Below, piece by piece: positions 27,624-42,400 of a stretch of DNA of 64,000 bases (position 1 is its first letter; the number at the start of each line of letters is the position of its first letter). Location: the NCBI RefSeq assembly GCF_008831285.2, contig NC_045138.2, forward strand, positions 31,062,001 through 31,126,000, written 5' to 3'. Source of the stretch: Nymphaea colorata (lineage: Eukaryota). The notes beneath the pieces were generated by a model. It made no database searches and had not been told where the DNA came from. It saw only the letters and a program-made list of their open reading frames with translations. A program made the position numbers and the translations under genes.

Positions 27624-28562
27624 TCACCATTGCAAATTATCGATGCTTCAGTTAATTGTCTGACTTTCATATGTGCAGCCTTCCTACTCGCTCCGAACTT
27701 TTACAGGCCATACCATGTCTGTCTCATCCGTGGATTTTCATCCGAATAGAGAGGATCTCATCTGCTCCTGTGATGGAGATAGGGAAATTCGTTACTGGAG
27801 CATAAACAATGGCAGCTGCACAAGAATATTCAAGGTCTCATTTCTTCTTTTTTGGGGACATAATTTTACTCGGTAATATTTTGTTCTTTATCATCCCCAT
27901 CAAATGTTGTGCTTTGCTCCAGGGTGGCTCAAGCCAACTTAGGTTTCAACCTCGCATTGGAAAGTATCTTGCTGCAGCTTCTGAGACTGTAATATCAGTT
28001 CTTGATGTTGAGACACAAGCTTGCCGCCAGACTCTGCAGGTTTGATTATCTGACCTTGTATTCTTTTTTTGAAGACAATTTGAAAACAGCGTTGTTGAAT
28101 GAATTATTCTTTTTCCACCTGTGATCATGATCGCAGGGGCATACGAAAACAATTCATTCTGTTTGCTGGGACACTATGGGTGACTTACTGGCATCTGTGA
28201 GTGAAGACTCTGTGCGGGTGTGGAGTCTTGGTTCTGGAAGTGAAGGGGAATGCATTCATGAGCTAAACTGTACTGGCAATAAGTTTCATTCCTGTGTCTT
28301 CCACCCAAGTTATCCGTCATTGCTAGTGATCGGATGTTATCAGGCATGTGTCGCTATCACCAATTTATTTCCTTTTTTGGTAGTCTCTATTGTGTCTGAC
28401 ATAGTTGTATTTCTTCAGTCCCTGGAGCTTTGGAACATGGTAGAGAACAAGCGCATGACACTTAATGCTCATGAGGGCTTGATTGCAGCCCTGGCAGCAT
28501 CGAGTGTCACAGGGGTGGTTGCTTCTGGAAGTCATGATAAGTCTGTGAAACTCTGGAAATAA
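19234..28562 (+). CDS. LUG: Transcriptional corepressor LEUNIG (Groucho/Tup1 family; LUFS/LisH, poly-Q, WD40). Exons 19234-19265, 19380-19477, 19581-19690, 20007-20423, 20519-20607, 20956-21043, 21116-21191, 21480-21529, 23253-23561, 25800-26012, 26324-26554, 26676(or 26700)-26817, 26960-27069, 27223-27372, 27679-27834, 27923-28039, 28137-28343, 28419-28562
   Basis: [128 protein letters not shown]40 repeats ending [12 protein letters not shown]. Splice sites keep frame. Confidence 0.96.
20030..20258 (+). repeat. CAG/CAA poly-glutamine tracts in LUG exon 4 (another at ~25818-25862)
   Basis: Mixed (CAG)n/(CAA)n runs; longest uninterrupted Q run about 30 residues (20169-20258). Confidence 0.95.
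24652..25008. mobile_element. MITE (hAT-like) in LUG intron 9
   Basis: TIRs CCAAGTCACGTGGGTA ... TACCCATGTGACTTAG; flanks catttttga / cattttga (TSD with a 1-T difference); internal (TG)n(TA)n; homologous in opposite orientation to 51150-51739. Confidence 0.75.
27561..27620. repeat. Compound microsatellite (GT)n(GA)n in LUG intron 14
   Basis: Direct reading. Confidence 0.95.
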
Positions 28563-31500
28563 CAACTTTCTCATGTATCTCGTTCTTATAATCTATAAAA
28601 GTATATCTATTTACAGTCTCTAACCTCTTAGTTGCAGTTCTGGTTGCATGGTTTCTTGCAGGAATTTACTTAACATGTTGATTGGCTTTTCAATGGAGTT
28701 GGTCAATGCTATTCCCAGTTTAATACATATAGCTGTTGTATATTTTGAATCGTGCATGGAATGAATTATTTTTGTAGCAAACTCTTTTGCAACATTTTCT
28801 TTTCTTCTTTAACATTTTCTCAATCAATGCAGTGCTAAGGGGTTATGATTTTTTGCCACTCCACTCAACATCAGGATGATGCGTTATGTACTCTTCTGTC
28901 CGTTTGATTGTATCCCTTACAACTAACCTCAATGTTGCGTTATATCCATTTCTTTCGTATCTACGTAGCTCCATTACTGTGTCATGAACTTTTGTTTTGA
29001 GCAACATTTTCTTCTTTCCCCCGAAAGTCGGCCAAGGACGCAATCTCACTTAGTTTACTGCTAAACTCTGTTCTTCGAAACGCGATGATTCACGGAATCT
29101 GCTCTCTGTTCAGGAAAGACAGGTAGCAAACTGGGTTTGGCATCTGTCATTTATGCCTAGTGATGCATTCTGGGTATTAAGCTCTTGTACCCTTTTTAAG
29201 CTTAAAAGGTCTAAATGGGATTCCTCGGCTGGATGAAGCTCCGTTGGCAAGTGGGTCGTGATTTTATAATAGAAGAGACCTGCTAATAAGACTTGTGTCC
29301 ACTTCAATGCTGGAAAACCGGAAAATTGAATCAAGTTGGCAAGGCTTTAGCAAATCAGTCGAAAAGAAAATATTGCAGAAAAATATAAAAAATTTTGTAG
29401 TACTTTAAAAATAATAAAAATGAATAATGGACGCGTGCTATCTCTTGGCTGATTATTTTAGTCAAGTTGCCAATTCAGAACAATTTTATTTCGACAACAT
29501 GCATCCGCTTATCTAAGGTTGGCGGGCCTTCAAACTCAATCAGGTTAACAGATTAGCCACTTGGGTATAAACTAGAATTGGTCTGCCTAACACAATCTTG
29601 CCTAATCCTGCCATATCTGAAAAAAAAAAGGAAAGGCGACAAGGGAAGGACAAATATAATAATATAATAACGTTTCTCGCTAACCCCACAGACCAAAATA
29701 AATGTGGGTCAATATCTATAAAAGGGCAAATTGAGAAGGTGTAACTTCAAAAAGGACAAAGCTTTCTCTCTGTGTAACCCAACAAAAATGCACTCTCTTG
29801 AAAAATTCTTACATTGAGATGCTTGCATTAAATATGAAAGGGAGGGGTAAATGAAAGATTTTTTGTAGCTTCTTTTTCTATTCATGCACCACCATGCCAG
29901 CAAAGCATCTCTCATTATTATTCTCTACCATCATAAAGCAGCCTCCCCCTTTTTTTAGCTTGTTTTAGAAGCCAAAGAAAACTGTATTTTGTATTCACCA
30001 TGCATGGCACACAGAGAGAGAACAAAGGAAAGGGAAGCCTCTCACAAGGCCTTCTGAAATCATGCATGCCTCCAGCTTGACATGCTGGAATCTGGACGAC
30101 CCATGTCAAGTCACCAACTTAAGGGACAGTTGAAGCGTGTGAAGTTTGTCAACTATAACCTAATCTCTGTTTTCTTTTTCTAAAAAAAACCTTTGTTGAG
30201 AATCTAGAAGAGCCATCGAATGGGAAGATGCATTAAATAAAAAAGTTGGGTGATAAGTTTTCATCGGTTTTAGAAAGTTCAGCAAAAGAAAACAAAAAAA
30301 GCAGGAGAGAAGGGAGAGACAGAAAGAGGCTAGTTGGCAGCATGGCCACAGGGGTGGGCGTCACTCTATTATAGATAACGGAAGGAAATGGACAAAAAAA
30401 GGGCAGGTTTCATTTCTTCCTTTCACATGGATCATGTGTCCGATAAACTTGGAACTTACTGAACCCAGTCATTTTCTTGAATCCGTTTTATCTGATCTGG
30501 ATGGAGAACTCGGGCAACGATCGGTTCAGGTAGAAGCTGAACCTCGGCAAACACTACCCACGACAGGAAATGAAAAAAGACAAAAGAAAATTGAAAATTT
30601 ATCCTTCTAATTTCTGTTTTTATTGTTACTGCTGTATCCATTGTTGTTTTTACAGAAAGAGTTTGAAGAAATTGGTCAAGAATCTTCTTCGGAATCAATA
30701 ATACTATGTTCTTGTTATAGAAACATAATGTAATCACAGATATGATTCTCAGATTCGACAAGCAAACACTGTTTCTTATTAGATGGTCAGTTTGAAACAT
30801 GTCTCCCAGGAACATAATGTCATAGATTCGACTTGTTCAAAATAATACCGACACAATTTGAACCATGACTACCCACATGGCGGCGACGACCTTTATCGAT
30901 TTCCATCACATACATAACACTACATGACGAAGATCTACAAATTTCTTTCCTATATTGTGTTGATAGGTCGGTCATGCATCGAAACGAAGTAATGGACAGA
31001 CAACCAGAAACAATTCAATCCCTTTCATTTACTGAAAATGATAAATCCACCTTATCTTGAATATTGGAATTTCCAAAGGTAGCTGCAGATTTTACAAAAT
31101 TTCATGAACTTAAAAGGTTGATCTACTGTCTTTCCGAGCAGGTCTGCTTTTAGTTATTTTAATTGTATGTCGGCCGTCCTTGTAAAAGTAGTTGTTGTGG
31201 ATCATATCACAATAAATGAAGCAAAACTTGCATAGTGAATTTGTATCATGCTGCCTACATGGCCGAATCTATTCATAGATTCTTGTCCGGTTTGTCAACA
31301 GTGTGTAGCATATTTTCAACTTGGCAAGATAAACTCATTTGAAAAATTTTAGCTGCTTTTCAAACATTAAGGAAGCCCAATAATGTGCTCAAGAGTTATG
31401 TTTATTCTTATTATTCATGTATTATATTGACTTCCTAATTCGAAGGATGGATTTATTGGCTACAACCACAGCTAGGCAAGAAAAAATTAAATTTAGGAAC

Positions 31501-32004
31501 CCAAAAGAGGGAAAATGAAAGGGTTTACTTCTGCTAACATATTTATGAAAGAAATGGATGGACATGAGAAGAAGTATGTACCCCTTTAAGAGATAGATAG
31601 GTTTGAAAAATGGAAGGACAACTGTAATGACCACTTATGACCATGCACTACTAATACCAATTCATATAGGCCATTAGGAACGTTAGGGGACAAATGCCAA
31701 CTAAGTCAAGTACCCTGCAGGGAAACTGCCAACCCAAGAAGGTTGTATCAAGGTTCTTGACTTCTTGTGGCTGTCAAATTTATGAGGGGTGGCCTTTTTC
31801 TCATGAACATGAATTGGAAAATGTAAACGCTCCGCAAAATGTATGAAATTTAATTTCTTGTTTTTGTAGAGTTTTAATTTTTGCCTTTGAGAACCTTGTG
31901 TATGAAATTCAACCCCTCGTCCCTCTTCTTCATGAGGAAAAAAAATGCGTAAAATTATTCAGATGCATGTGTGCTGGTTTTGGCTTGCATTTTCTGCCAG
32001 ATTC

Positions 32005-32039
<35 letters not shown>

Positions 32040-32648
32040 TGAAGGTCACATATTTCAGTATTATCACTATCTGCGAGAGCTTGATATCTAAAGCATGAAC
32101 TCATTGAAATTAACCTTTTGGGTACATCACATTCGGTTGTGCTTGGGAGGACACCAATATTGCTGACAATTTGTGATATTCACTGGTGAATACGTGGGTT
32201 CATGCTTGTGGATTCTTTTCCCTTCGTCTTGCTTTTCTATCAAGAAAGGTAAAAGTGCTGCCATGTTGTATAGATTTAATGTACAGCTTTTTGGGAGGTT
32301 AAGGCAATCAATCTGGTTTCCAGCATCAATCCTCAATTGTTATTCTTCATCTCATCACCTCTAGAAAGGATCTAGTACTCTAGACTTGGACGACCCCAGC
32401 CATCTTCATGATCTCCTGATCTGCAGATAGCTTTACTGCTAGCTGGATCAAAAATTCCACTTTCGAAGTCATCAAAGTTCCAGCTGCCAAGCCAGAACCC
32501 GTACCATTGCCAGATGTTCGAAGCACCTTCTTGACTGATCATCCCAATTAATCCATCTCATGAAACTTTCACAACACAAGCTCTAAATGCCATCGACATC
32601 TCCCAACCTTCAGAAGCTTTCCTCCATGCCTAAAACCTGTTCCTCTAC

Positions 32649-32762
32649 GGGGTTGTTTGGTAGCAAAAATACTTGGGGAGTATTCAATAGATCTGCGTTA
32701 AATATTAGAACAGATTTATAGAATACTAATTCCATGAAGTGTCCTTACTGCCAAACAACCCC
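32649..32762. mobile_element. Short Tourist (PIF/Harbinger)-like MITE
   Basis: TIRs GGGGTTGTTTGGTAG ... CTGCCAAACAACCCC; flanks tac/tat (imperfect 3-bp TSD). Confidence 0.7.
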
Positions 32763-34276
32763 TATGCACTACATTACAAAAGAAAATCAAGATGCGATCA
32801 CCGACACCTTGTATCGCTTCAATGTTATTGAGAGTTTTAACATCATTGAGAGTTTTGTTAACAAAAGCAAGATCATAAATCTCCCTTCCCAAAGAACAGT
32901 TTTTCTATAATAATCCGAAAAGAGGAATGGCAATATTTCTTCAAGAAGATACATGACAACCAGTCCAAATCATAAAACATTGAATTGCCAACTGCTACCT
33001 ACTCAAGATAAGATCATGGTTTCGAGGGAGGACCCATCTAATTTATTAGCAAGTCCAGCAGTTTTCACCCTGTCGGTCCTTTGTCTGATACATCTTTTTC
33101 TTAGTGTTGTCCTCGTCAGGGCTGACGTCTGGCCGTATAAAAGAAAGATCAGCAATCTATTTTTAATACCTATCTAGCAGAACCACATTACGCACGTTTT
33201 AATTTAGAATTTCTTGAGAGACCTGTATGTCATGGTTAGAAGAGAGTAAACATGAATCTGAGAAATAAAAGAAGACGCATAAGAGAGTTTCTATTGAAAT
33301 GAACTTTGAAGAAAAGCCAAGTCCAAGTGTAAAAACCACCAAATTCAGTTGCTTAAAAGGAAATGTAGGATCATATGCGTTACAAACGAAGGAAGCCTAG
33401 AGCAGTAATTGTTGTACAATTTTTTTAAGGCTCATCTAGGACATTAAGACAGCTATTAGTGGTGCTTAGCAGCTGTTCATCGGTGCGGATGAGCTGCGTC
33501 CGGTGAATTTCTGACCTGACCACCTTATAAAATATTGTTCACTAACTTTAATACCTTTTGCGCGAAGAACGAAGCATTGTAAATTAATCTGATCTCTTGA
33601 ATTTAATGGTTTGTTTTCTTTTTTCTTGCTGAAAATCGTGTCAACATTGGTCTAACTTTTTCTACAAGAAATTTTAGGCACCTAATGCATGCATTTTAAT
33701 ATGACACTCAAGGCACTATTGTGAAAATCAAATCGAATCCGCATTAACTGGCCGCCTGTCTGGACCAGCTCACTAGAAACATGATACAGGCGAACATCAT
33801 TTAAACTTTTTTAATTAGCTTACAACTTTGTAGTTGTTTGACAACTCAAATTGCTTCTTTTTATATTGGTTCAAACTTATAATCCTTACTCACTTCACTT
33901 CCATCATTTTTTTACAAAGTAAACCTTTTGATTAATTTTATATCCATAATGACTTTGATTAATAATTCAAGATTTTAAACCGCTTAGATTAAAGTAACTT
34001 GAATCCCATATGAATTTAGATCGTTTTGAAAAAAGAATGCAATTGAAAAAAGGGTTTGCACAACACTTGGACCGAAAACGGAAACCTTGCCTCACACAAA
34101 AAAGGCGGGAAGACCCCTCCAAGGTAGCTTTACGTGCTCGGGATTAAACCACAACTACCTTTCTCAGAAATTTACGTATTTCAGGAATCGCCCTTTCTCT
34201 CTCTAAAAAACACTGGTTGGTTTGTGAATGGTATATATTCACATGATACAGATACATATAGAGCAGACGCATTATA

Positions 34277-34329
<53 letters not shown>

Positions 34330-34337
34330 GAGAGAGA
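34277..34337. repeat. (TG)n(AG)n microsatellite ~100 bp upstream of the 2OGD ATG
   Basis: Direct reading. Confidence 0.95.
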
Positions 34338-34437
34338 GCAACAATATATTACACTTCAACGTCCAACAGAGAGTTGAAACAAAACTCAGTACCGCAGAAC
34401 ACAGAAGCAGAAGGGAAGATCCGGGAGAAAGAGAGAA

Positions 34438-37400
34438 ATGGGTTCGTCAACATTATCATCCATCCCCTTGATAGATTTGAGCAAGAGCATGGTGCCTGGG
34501 ACGGAGGCATGGCGGAGGACGTGTGAGAAGATGAGAGAGGCAGGGGAGAGGCTCGGTTGCTTCATGGTGGCGGGGTACGACATGCCGGCGGGATTGGTGG
34601 AGGACGCCTTCGGAGCTGCCAGGCAGCTCTTCGACCTCCCCACTGAGACCAAGAGGAGGAACACCTCCCACAAGCCATACTGCGGGTACGAGGGAAGGAC
34701 AGAGGTCATTCCCCTGTTCGAGAGCCTGGGAATTGAGGACGTCGACCAACCCGAGGCTGCTCTCCGCTTCACCAACCTCATGTGGCCTGAAGGCAACCAG
34801 AGCTTCTGGTACACACATCACCATTCGCTCTGTCTCTCATAAAACTCTCTATTCTTACCGGAAACTTCCATCTAAACGGGAACTTCCCTTCTTCAAAAGC
34901 TAGCTTGTTAAAAGAGGCAGAAGATTAAGAAACCCATTTCATTTATGTGAACAGTGGACTAAGCATGTCGTTTATTTTCTTTATCATTTGTTGATAGTAA
35001 GGTTATCAACCGCTTCGGCCAAGAGCTGTTGACATTGGGGAACTTGATTCAGAGAATGATTTTGGAGAGCTACGGACTGGAGGCGCTCGTTAGATCACAT
35101 ATTGATGAGAGTCATTGTATAATGCGCTTAATGAACTATGAAGCAGCAGCGGCAGATGGCTCCAATAGTAGCCCCGCCGTCGGCCTCTGCAACCATACGG
35201 ACAAGAACTGGCTTACGGTATTGTGTCAACAGGGGGTTGAGGGTCTTCAGGTGGAGTCCAAGCAACGCGGAGATTGGGCTCATGTTCCGTTCATTCCATC
35301 GACGTTCGTAGTGATTATTGGTGACTCTCTGATGGTACGCACTTCATCGCCTTTATAATTCAATAATTCTCTCTTTTCTGTTTGATCGTTGAGAGGCCCT
35401 TTTCTCAATTAATGAATGCTAATAATGTGCTATTAAAACAACATAATACTTGTTCTCAATGGTGTTCAAGGCGTGTTTGAGTAACAGTTAGAACTGATCA
35501 GTTTGTGAAAAACTTGTTTTGATAAATCGCTTTGAAGCAAATAGAGAGATGATTATGTGGATCACGGCACATTCTTAGGGGCATGTCATGCATATGTACT
35601 TGTGCACGGTATACAGACTTATGCATATAACCAACTTAGAAGTAAATAGTTTGCCCGTTGAGCTATTCATAGAAAAAGTCTTTTTTATTACCACCCATGC
35701 ATACAAACCATGTTTTAGAACATGCTAAAAAATGACATTATCACATTACCTGGTTTCCTTATTTGGAAGGTGTGATCCAAACACAACATAAGCATATTTT
35801 GTTTCATTAAATGTTGTTGATTATAAAGTACCATAAATATCAAAACTCTTTTGGAACCCTGGCCTATGCAATTTATTGGCAAATAAACTTGATACCCATT
35901 AACCTATACACGCCATGATTAGAGTACATTATTTTACTTTTTAGCTTTTAGTGTATTGTTCAATAAATCACAAATTGGAGAGAGAGAGAGAGAGAGAGTG
36001 TGTGTCTCCTCTTTGCGCTTCCAACCCACCTTGTTCATGCCTTATTTCTCTCCATTTATTCAAAGGCTTTCCAAGATTATGAGATAAAAGACGAGCAAGC
36101 AATCTCCCTTCTCCCAATTCTTTTGCAAGGGGTCTTCTTCCTCGTTCTCTTTCCTTCTTTCAAGGTTATGAGGTTCCTAATTCTCCTTCATTTAAGTTGC
36201 TTCAGTTCTATACTAGAGCTAGCTAATCTGGTAGGATTAAGACACAAAAGAAGCCTTAGAACACAGCTGATAGAGTACTGTAACTACGTCCTGACCTCCG
36301 CCATTGATGGAGAGTTTTCTCGAACTGCTGCAAGACGCAGGAGAAATCGTGAGCAGCGATTGCTGTCAGTCATGAGGCCGCCATCATCTAGATCAGCCTA
36401 CAACACATCTTGAAATATTCCTTCCTTAACCGCCACACCTCCATCTTTGGCAGTCCTTACAGTTGGACGCCTCCAATATCCCTTCTCAAAGGAAAGGAAG
36501 AAGGGCAACATGCCCATGACAGCGCAGTACAGGCGATACTGTCGGATATAACCTGGCAGTGCAACGTGTAATCAACCAGTATGAACCAATAATAAGACGA
36601 TGCATGTAAAATGAACACTGGCTGATACTTAATGCGAAGAGAGTTAGATATATTAACAAGCACTCGATGAAGAGAGATATAAACTTATTTTTTTATGAGT
36701 GGGTTCTAGTAATGATTATATATTGTATTCTCTAATTAAGCGGCCCCAATAACTTTTGTTCATCCTCGAAGATGTAGGGCCTTCTTTGGTGTTTAAAGTG
36801 CCGCCTTTGCCACACTTCAAGTTGCACCTTGATGTCTCCTTTTCAAGTTGCACCTCGATGTCCCTTGTTTACAAGTTTACAACAAACAACACAATAAGTT
36901 CAATATTCAAAAGGATTACTGTTGTTTTGTTTTCACAAATTTTTGTTTTCACAAATTTTATCATATCCATGACGTGCACATCTCCACCATCGTAACACTA
37001 GAAAAAGAAAGGAAGAAGCGACTGATGTATACATCAAATTTGACGAGGATTTAAATTGTTGTTTTTTATTTTTTTAACTTACAATACTTAATTGTGGTTT
37101 TCCCCTAAATTTTTGACAACTTTGACAATATTTTTCTGCAATTGGATTTATAAAAGAAAAACATAAAAAAAAATATCATAGCACATGTGTGTAATGTATG
37201 CATAATATGTATATACTTCAGTTGGTTGATTCAACACTAGTTGCAATGAATCCAAAAACGAAATGTTTACAACCAACTGCGGAGACAACTCAAACAACTA
37301 ACTCTGTTTCTTACTTCATGAAATTCTCAACTGAGCATTTCATAGCAGAAACTGAAAGCTATTTAAGTTATTAGTGGGATTACGTGAAGGTCTATATAGT

Positions 37401-38021
37401 TCAATAGCAATGTCGACTTAAAAGCAAAGTGCTACTTATATATAAGTTGAGTGGCATTTTCTTCAAAAGTCACCTTATAGATGCACATGATTTAATTTGT
37501 GATTTACCCAATCACATTAATTAGATAGCTGAGATTGGTAAGGGTGACTTGTAGGCGCTCATATTCTAAATGCACACTAATATGAGTTGTATGGGTGAAT
37601 AAGATTGATAGCCACAAGTTGCAGCTTGTAAAACTAAATTTCTTAAAAATGGAGAGGGAAAATAGACTTCTACTTAAAAAATAGCTTCATATATGGCAAC
37701 TCCTATAGTACTTACGAAAATTAAACAAAAATAAAAAATAATTTTGTTTACACCTGGTGATTGCTACAGGCATGGAGCAATGGCAGGCTTCACTCTCCCA
37801 CACATCGAGTCATGGTGTTTGACAAGGAAAGGTTTTCCATTGGATTATTTTCCACCCCGAAGGACGGGGCGATCATCAAGGTACCAGAGCAGCTTGTCGA
37901 TGATGGACATGCCTTGCTCTTCAACCCATTCAACTTCTCGGATTTCCTGTACTACTTCAGCACCACAGGCGTTAAACTTTCAGAGTCAGCTATCCACGTG
38001 TTTGCTGGGTCACACGACTAG
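34438..38021 (+). CDS. 2-oxoglutarate/Fe(II)-dependent dioxygenase, AOP1-like. Exons 34438-34808, 34998-35334, 37770-38021
   Basis: IPLIDLS; GCFMV; LFDLPTETK; PYCGY..IPLFESLGIED..FTNLMWPEGNQSFC; Fe-binding HTD and distal His (SNGRLHSPTHRV); 2OG-binding RFS; GT-AG introns in frame. Substrate cannot be inferred. Confidence 0.9.
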
Positions 38022-39467
38022 AAGATCATGCGATGGTTGGAGTTTGCGGTGCCTTTCTCTTGAGATATGAACGACATGCATACAAATATATATAGCACAT
38101 ATTAGTGGAAAATAAGCGTTTGAGTACAAAGATATTGTACATTAAATTAATAAAGGGTGCTTTACGCTCCCAAAAACATTTGGACTGTTCTTCGACTTCG
38201 AAGTTCTAAGAGCATGTTTTGGTCTGTTTGATTGGTAAGTAAGCTAGATCGTATGTCAGAGTACCCTCACGGTAAAGAAATGGAAACCAATAAGTTACTT
38301 AACCTTCTTTCCTTTCTATGGGACAGTCCAGTCCACGCAAGTGTGCGTGTATGTGTATGTGTGAGAAAGAGAGCGAGTCTATAATCTTTAAGAGAAGTAT
38401 AGCATAATTGGTTGAACTGAGAGACAGACTAATAAAAGTTCGGTCTTTAGTTTGACTCTCAAGTGCTACTCCTTTATACTGCACACAATGAACAGATGAT
38501 GCCTAGTTGACAGATGTCTCACTCTCCACTCTAATCCTGAAGTAGCTCGGCAAAGACGAAACATTTCTTACGATCATTCTTAGGTGCATTTGTGCTCAAT
38601 CGCCAATTAAAGGCTTAATTTGTCGCAGAAACGATCAATACAACACCAATTACCAAGCTAAGAAAGTCGAATTGCAATTAATCTTGAAGACACGATTGGC
38701 AACGAAAGTTTCTTTGTGTATTGGATCGTAAGCGAGGGCAACCACTAATGCACCTAAAAATGGCTCAATCTTTGTAAACCTCAAAGCATCCAACCAGTGT
38801 TGTATGTATCATACGGTATGAGACCGTATAGTACGATATGTATCGTATCGTTTTAAATTTACCACACGATACACCACCTGTGTCACAAACATGTGCATCC
38901 AACACATTAGCAACCTTCGGCACAAGTGAAATGGTTGGAAGCAAAAAATTGTCTTTCTACGCACAACCAAAACATACATTATTCTTATTGCGATGGATTA
39001 AAAGAAAAAATAATGCAAATCAAGGAGCTGCAAACAACCATGCTAGTAGAAATGAATATCATGTGGTTCAGGAAAAAAAAAAATCGCCGGGCAAAGATCA
39101 TCAACGAAGAGAATACAAACCCATAATCCTTGCCCATTAATACTACAGGAGCAATATAGGAAGAGATTTTTGAGATGAAGAAAGAAAAAGATACCGGTTA
39201 CCTTATTCATGGTCTGCCAACATGCAGTCTGGTTGTAGTTCAAATTTTTCATTTGATTGATCCTTGGAATATCCATGTTGAACTACAAACGTAGCTCGGA
39301 TGCAATCTGATTACAGTCGGATGCTTGGAAGCCGCCGTGGGATTAAGCATCACTATGATGGATTGATGGCCGTCCATGATCTGACCCGAAGTCCTCGCCT
39401 AAGGCGGTGTGATCCCCTTTGACCCAAGTCTAACACACACACACACACAGTCTCTCTCTCTCCCCCG

Positions 39468-42400
39468 ATGGAGTTTGAATCCGATCTCCCGCAGAAAATT
39501 GTCGACCTGTTAGCTTCCGCGGGTTATTCGAGGGCATGCGACTCTTCTCTCTCAGTTCTTGACAAGGTTACCGGTGGTCTGGCTTGGTGCATTTCCCGCT
39601 GCAATACCAACTCCGATCTCTGCGTCGCTTCTGATGGCGCCGCCTGTCTGCAAGATCAATTGTGAATACTAATTTCATGTTTTCTCTGGTTTACTCACTG
39701 GGCATCTCTTGTTCCGACCCTCATAAATGTTTATTCTCTACTATCAAAACTATGACTCCTTTGAGGGAGGCGAAACTGTTTAGTGAGGACAGTTGAATTG
39801 ATGATGTTATTGTGATGAATACTCGTCTTTAGGTTTAACGTCTATTCTCTGAATTATGGATGATGTCTATAACCGTATGGGGAGTTTTTAGGGTTCTTAC
39901 TTTTGTAGCCAATGATAGCTTGTGGGCTTCTTTCTTGTACAACGAATCACGTGATTTAGATAGTTTAGTTTGTCGGCTTCTTACTCATACGACCAATACA
40001 GCGATTTAAATAGTTCTTCAGTGATTAAATTCAATATTTTTTGATGCAGAAAAGTCGGTGAGATTATTGGGGTTGCGCTGCGGTCCGTTGGGTGTCCACA
40101 TCCTCTTGAAACTCACCAGATTCAAGGCCTGGATTACGATCACGTCTATCCTGTTCTAGAATGGATCGTCAATCGGATTACTTCGATGCGGGAGAATATG
40201 AGAGATGAGGTGAATTTCCTTCATGTTTGATTCATAAACTAGGATGATGGCTAATTTTGAGAAGTTGGACGCTCATTTACGTTGTAATTTCCAAGACTAT
40301 TGTGTTAAAAAAGGTGCCAACGGATTTTAGGCATTTCTGGAGAACCTTCTGGTTATAAACGTTCCAAGCAATTCTTTTAGAGTGACGAGGGATATCCAAT
40401 CTTTTAGAGTTGGGTTTCGTTTTAAAGAACAAGATGTTGACCGCTCAACGATGTTTCAAGCTTTCCTTCAAATAATTGTGGTTTTGGTGTTGATGTGAAA
40501 CACCAGCTTCTCAGACATGAACCACAACTTCTGAGTTGGAGAATTGTGGAAGGATGCTATAAGTTTGCTTCTACTTCTGTCTGTATTCAATAAATTGCTT
40601 CATGAAGCTAATGGTTGACTCGTGGACCCTTTAGGACCGAGATCATATTTCCTGGGAACGTTGGGAACTTTTTAGCAGTTGTATGCATGACCCTTTACGC
40701 TATCTTTTCAACATGTACCATAAAAGTTTTAAAGTGTGGAGCCCTATGAATCCTATTTTCTTGATGAGTCAGGCTTCCTGTTGGCATTGGAGATCTTTGA
40801 AAACAACACTACTTGTTGAAAACAAGATCTCATCTAATTTTCTTTCTATTGATAACCTAATCCATTGAAAGCCTTTGTTTATCTCTATACGTGCAAAATG
40901 CCAAATGTTAGCATCAAGAAACATTTGTTTACACATTTAGGCGTAGTTACAAGTTAGTCAATTGGAATATAGTATTAGCCCTGGTGTCTCTTATCTGTTG
41001 CAGAATCTGGACTTCTCCACAAGCTACAAAAGATAGTCTAAATACTCAACTAAAAAACTACATTGTTTCCCTGCAACATTAGGGAGTCTGGGTCTGATGC
41101 CTGATTTCCACATTTTCAGAATCTAGTCAATGCAACTAATCTCAACTGGCATCTGCTTATGCAGAAAAATGCTGATCCACATGCACAATCGAATGAAGCA
41201 GGAGAAAAGCTTCATACAGATGAGCATTCCTCCGATTTTGAAGGTCTAGAACGTTTGTTCGGTGCTGCAACAGAAAAACGGGATAGAGCACAGCAAGTAA
41301 TTGTTTTAATCATAGACCCTTGTTTATTGAGATTTGTTGCAGTACTTTGTGAATTATTTGGATGCTACTGTCACTTGAAGGTTGCTTATTGGGAAAAGAA
41401 AAATGTACTCATCAGTTGGAATTCCAGTTTTTTCTTGTCATTCATTTTGGTGCTGTACTTCTTCCATCTCATTCTGTTAGATAGATAGAAGGCTGGAAAT
41501 GCATAATGCATGTAAAGCATGTTATCTATTTGTAAGGAAACTTTTTTCCGACAATACAAATTCTTTTGTTACCTGTTCCTAGTGACATTTCAAAGTTCAA
41601 ATATATATGATGCTGGTTCTGTAAGTCAAGAGTAGAAAAGAGTTAGATGCATAAAAAGAGGTGCTTACAGGGAAGGCTTGGTAACAGTCAACCAATTTCA
41701 TTTCATGATCCAGGGCTCAAGTGGTGTTTTGGTGTTTCCTTTGCATGCCTTGTTCTTGCCAAAATCTTGAGGTTACAAGTTTGGACAAATATGGAGAAAC
41801 TACTTGCACTATGAAATGTTGCAGGAAGGAACAAAATATGCTAGATACAAGAGGATGATTGGCAATGTAAAATGGTCTTGTATGTAAGCAAGTGAATATA
41901 TGCCATAGTATCTCCATGAGTACCCATAATGCATTTATGGGCTGAAAGAGGTCTGCTTCACATATATGGTTTCAGAAAGTAGATTAAAATAGCACAATGC
42001 TGCATCTCAACACCAACAGCTCTTTACTATAAAATGTTTTGTTGCTATATAGAATAGGAGACGGCAACAACAACAGCGAGAACATGGATGAAACCTAAAA
42101 ACAGAGATGCTAAGGATGTCTCCTTCCAATAGTAGGAGCAAACTTTTCATGCTTTTTGCTTCCAAGAGTTGTCCATCAGCATGGTGAAAAGGAAGGAAAG
42201 GAGAGAAAAAGGAAAGCTAAAGGAGTGTCTGGAAAATGAAAACATTTCCGCTCAATTCAAAAGGAAAGTAAATATACAGGAGGGCAGCAGTGATCATGAG
42301 GACGAAGACAATGATAGTAGAAAAAGTAGATTCTGTTTGCCAATTGGAGAGGAAAAATAACTTTTGTCTTATGGTTCTTGAGGAACCTTTTTTTTTTCTT

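Noticed and set aside
36000..36700. ORFs 36000..36413 and 36457..36663 in 2OGD intron 2 as a nested gene
   Set aside because: No recognisable domain and non-ATG starts; probably decayed transposon sequence.
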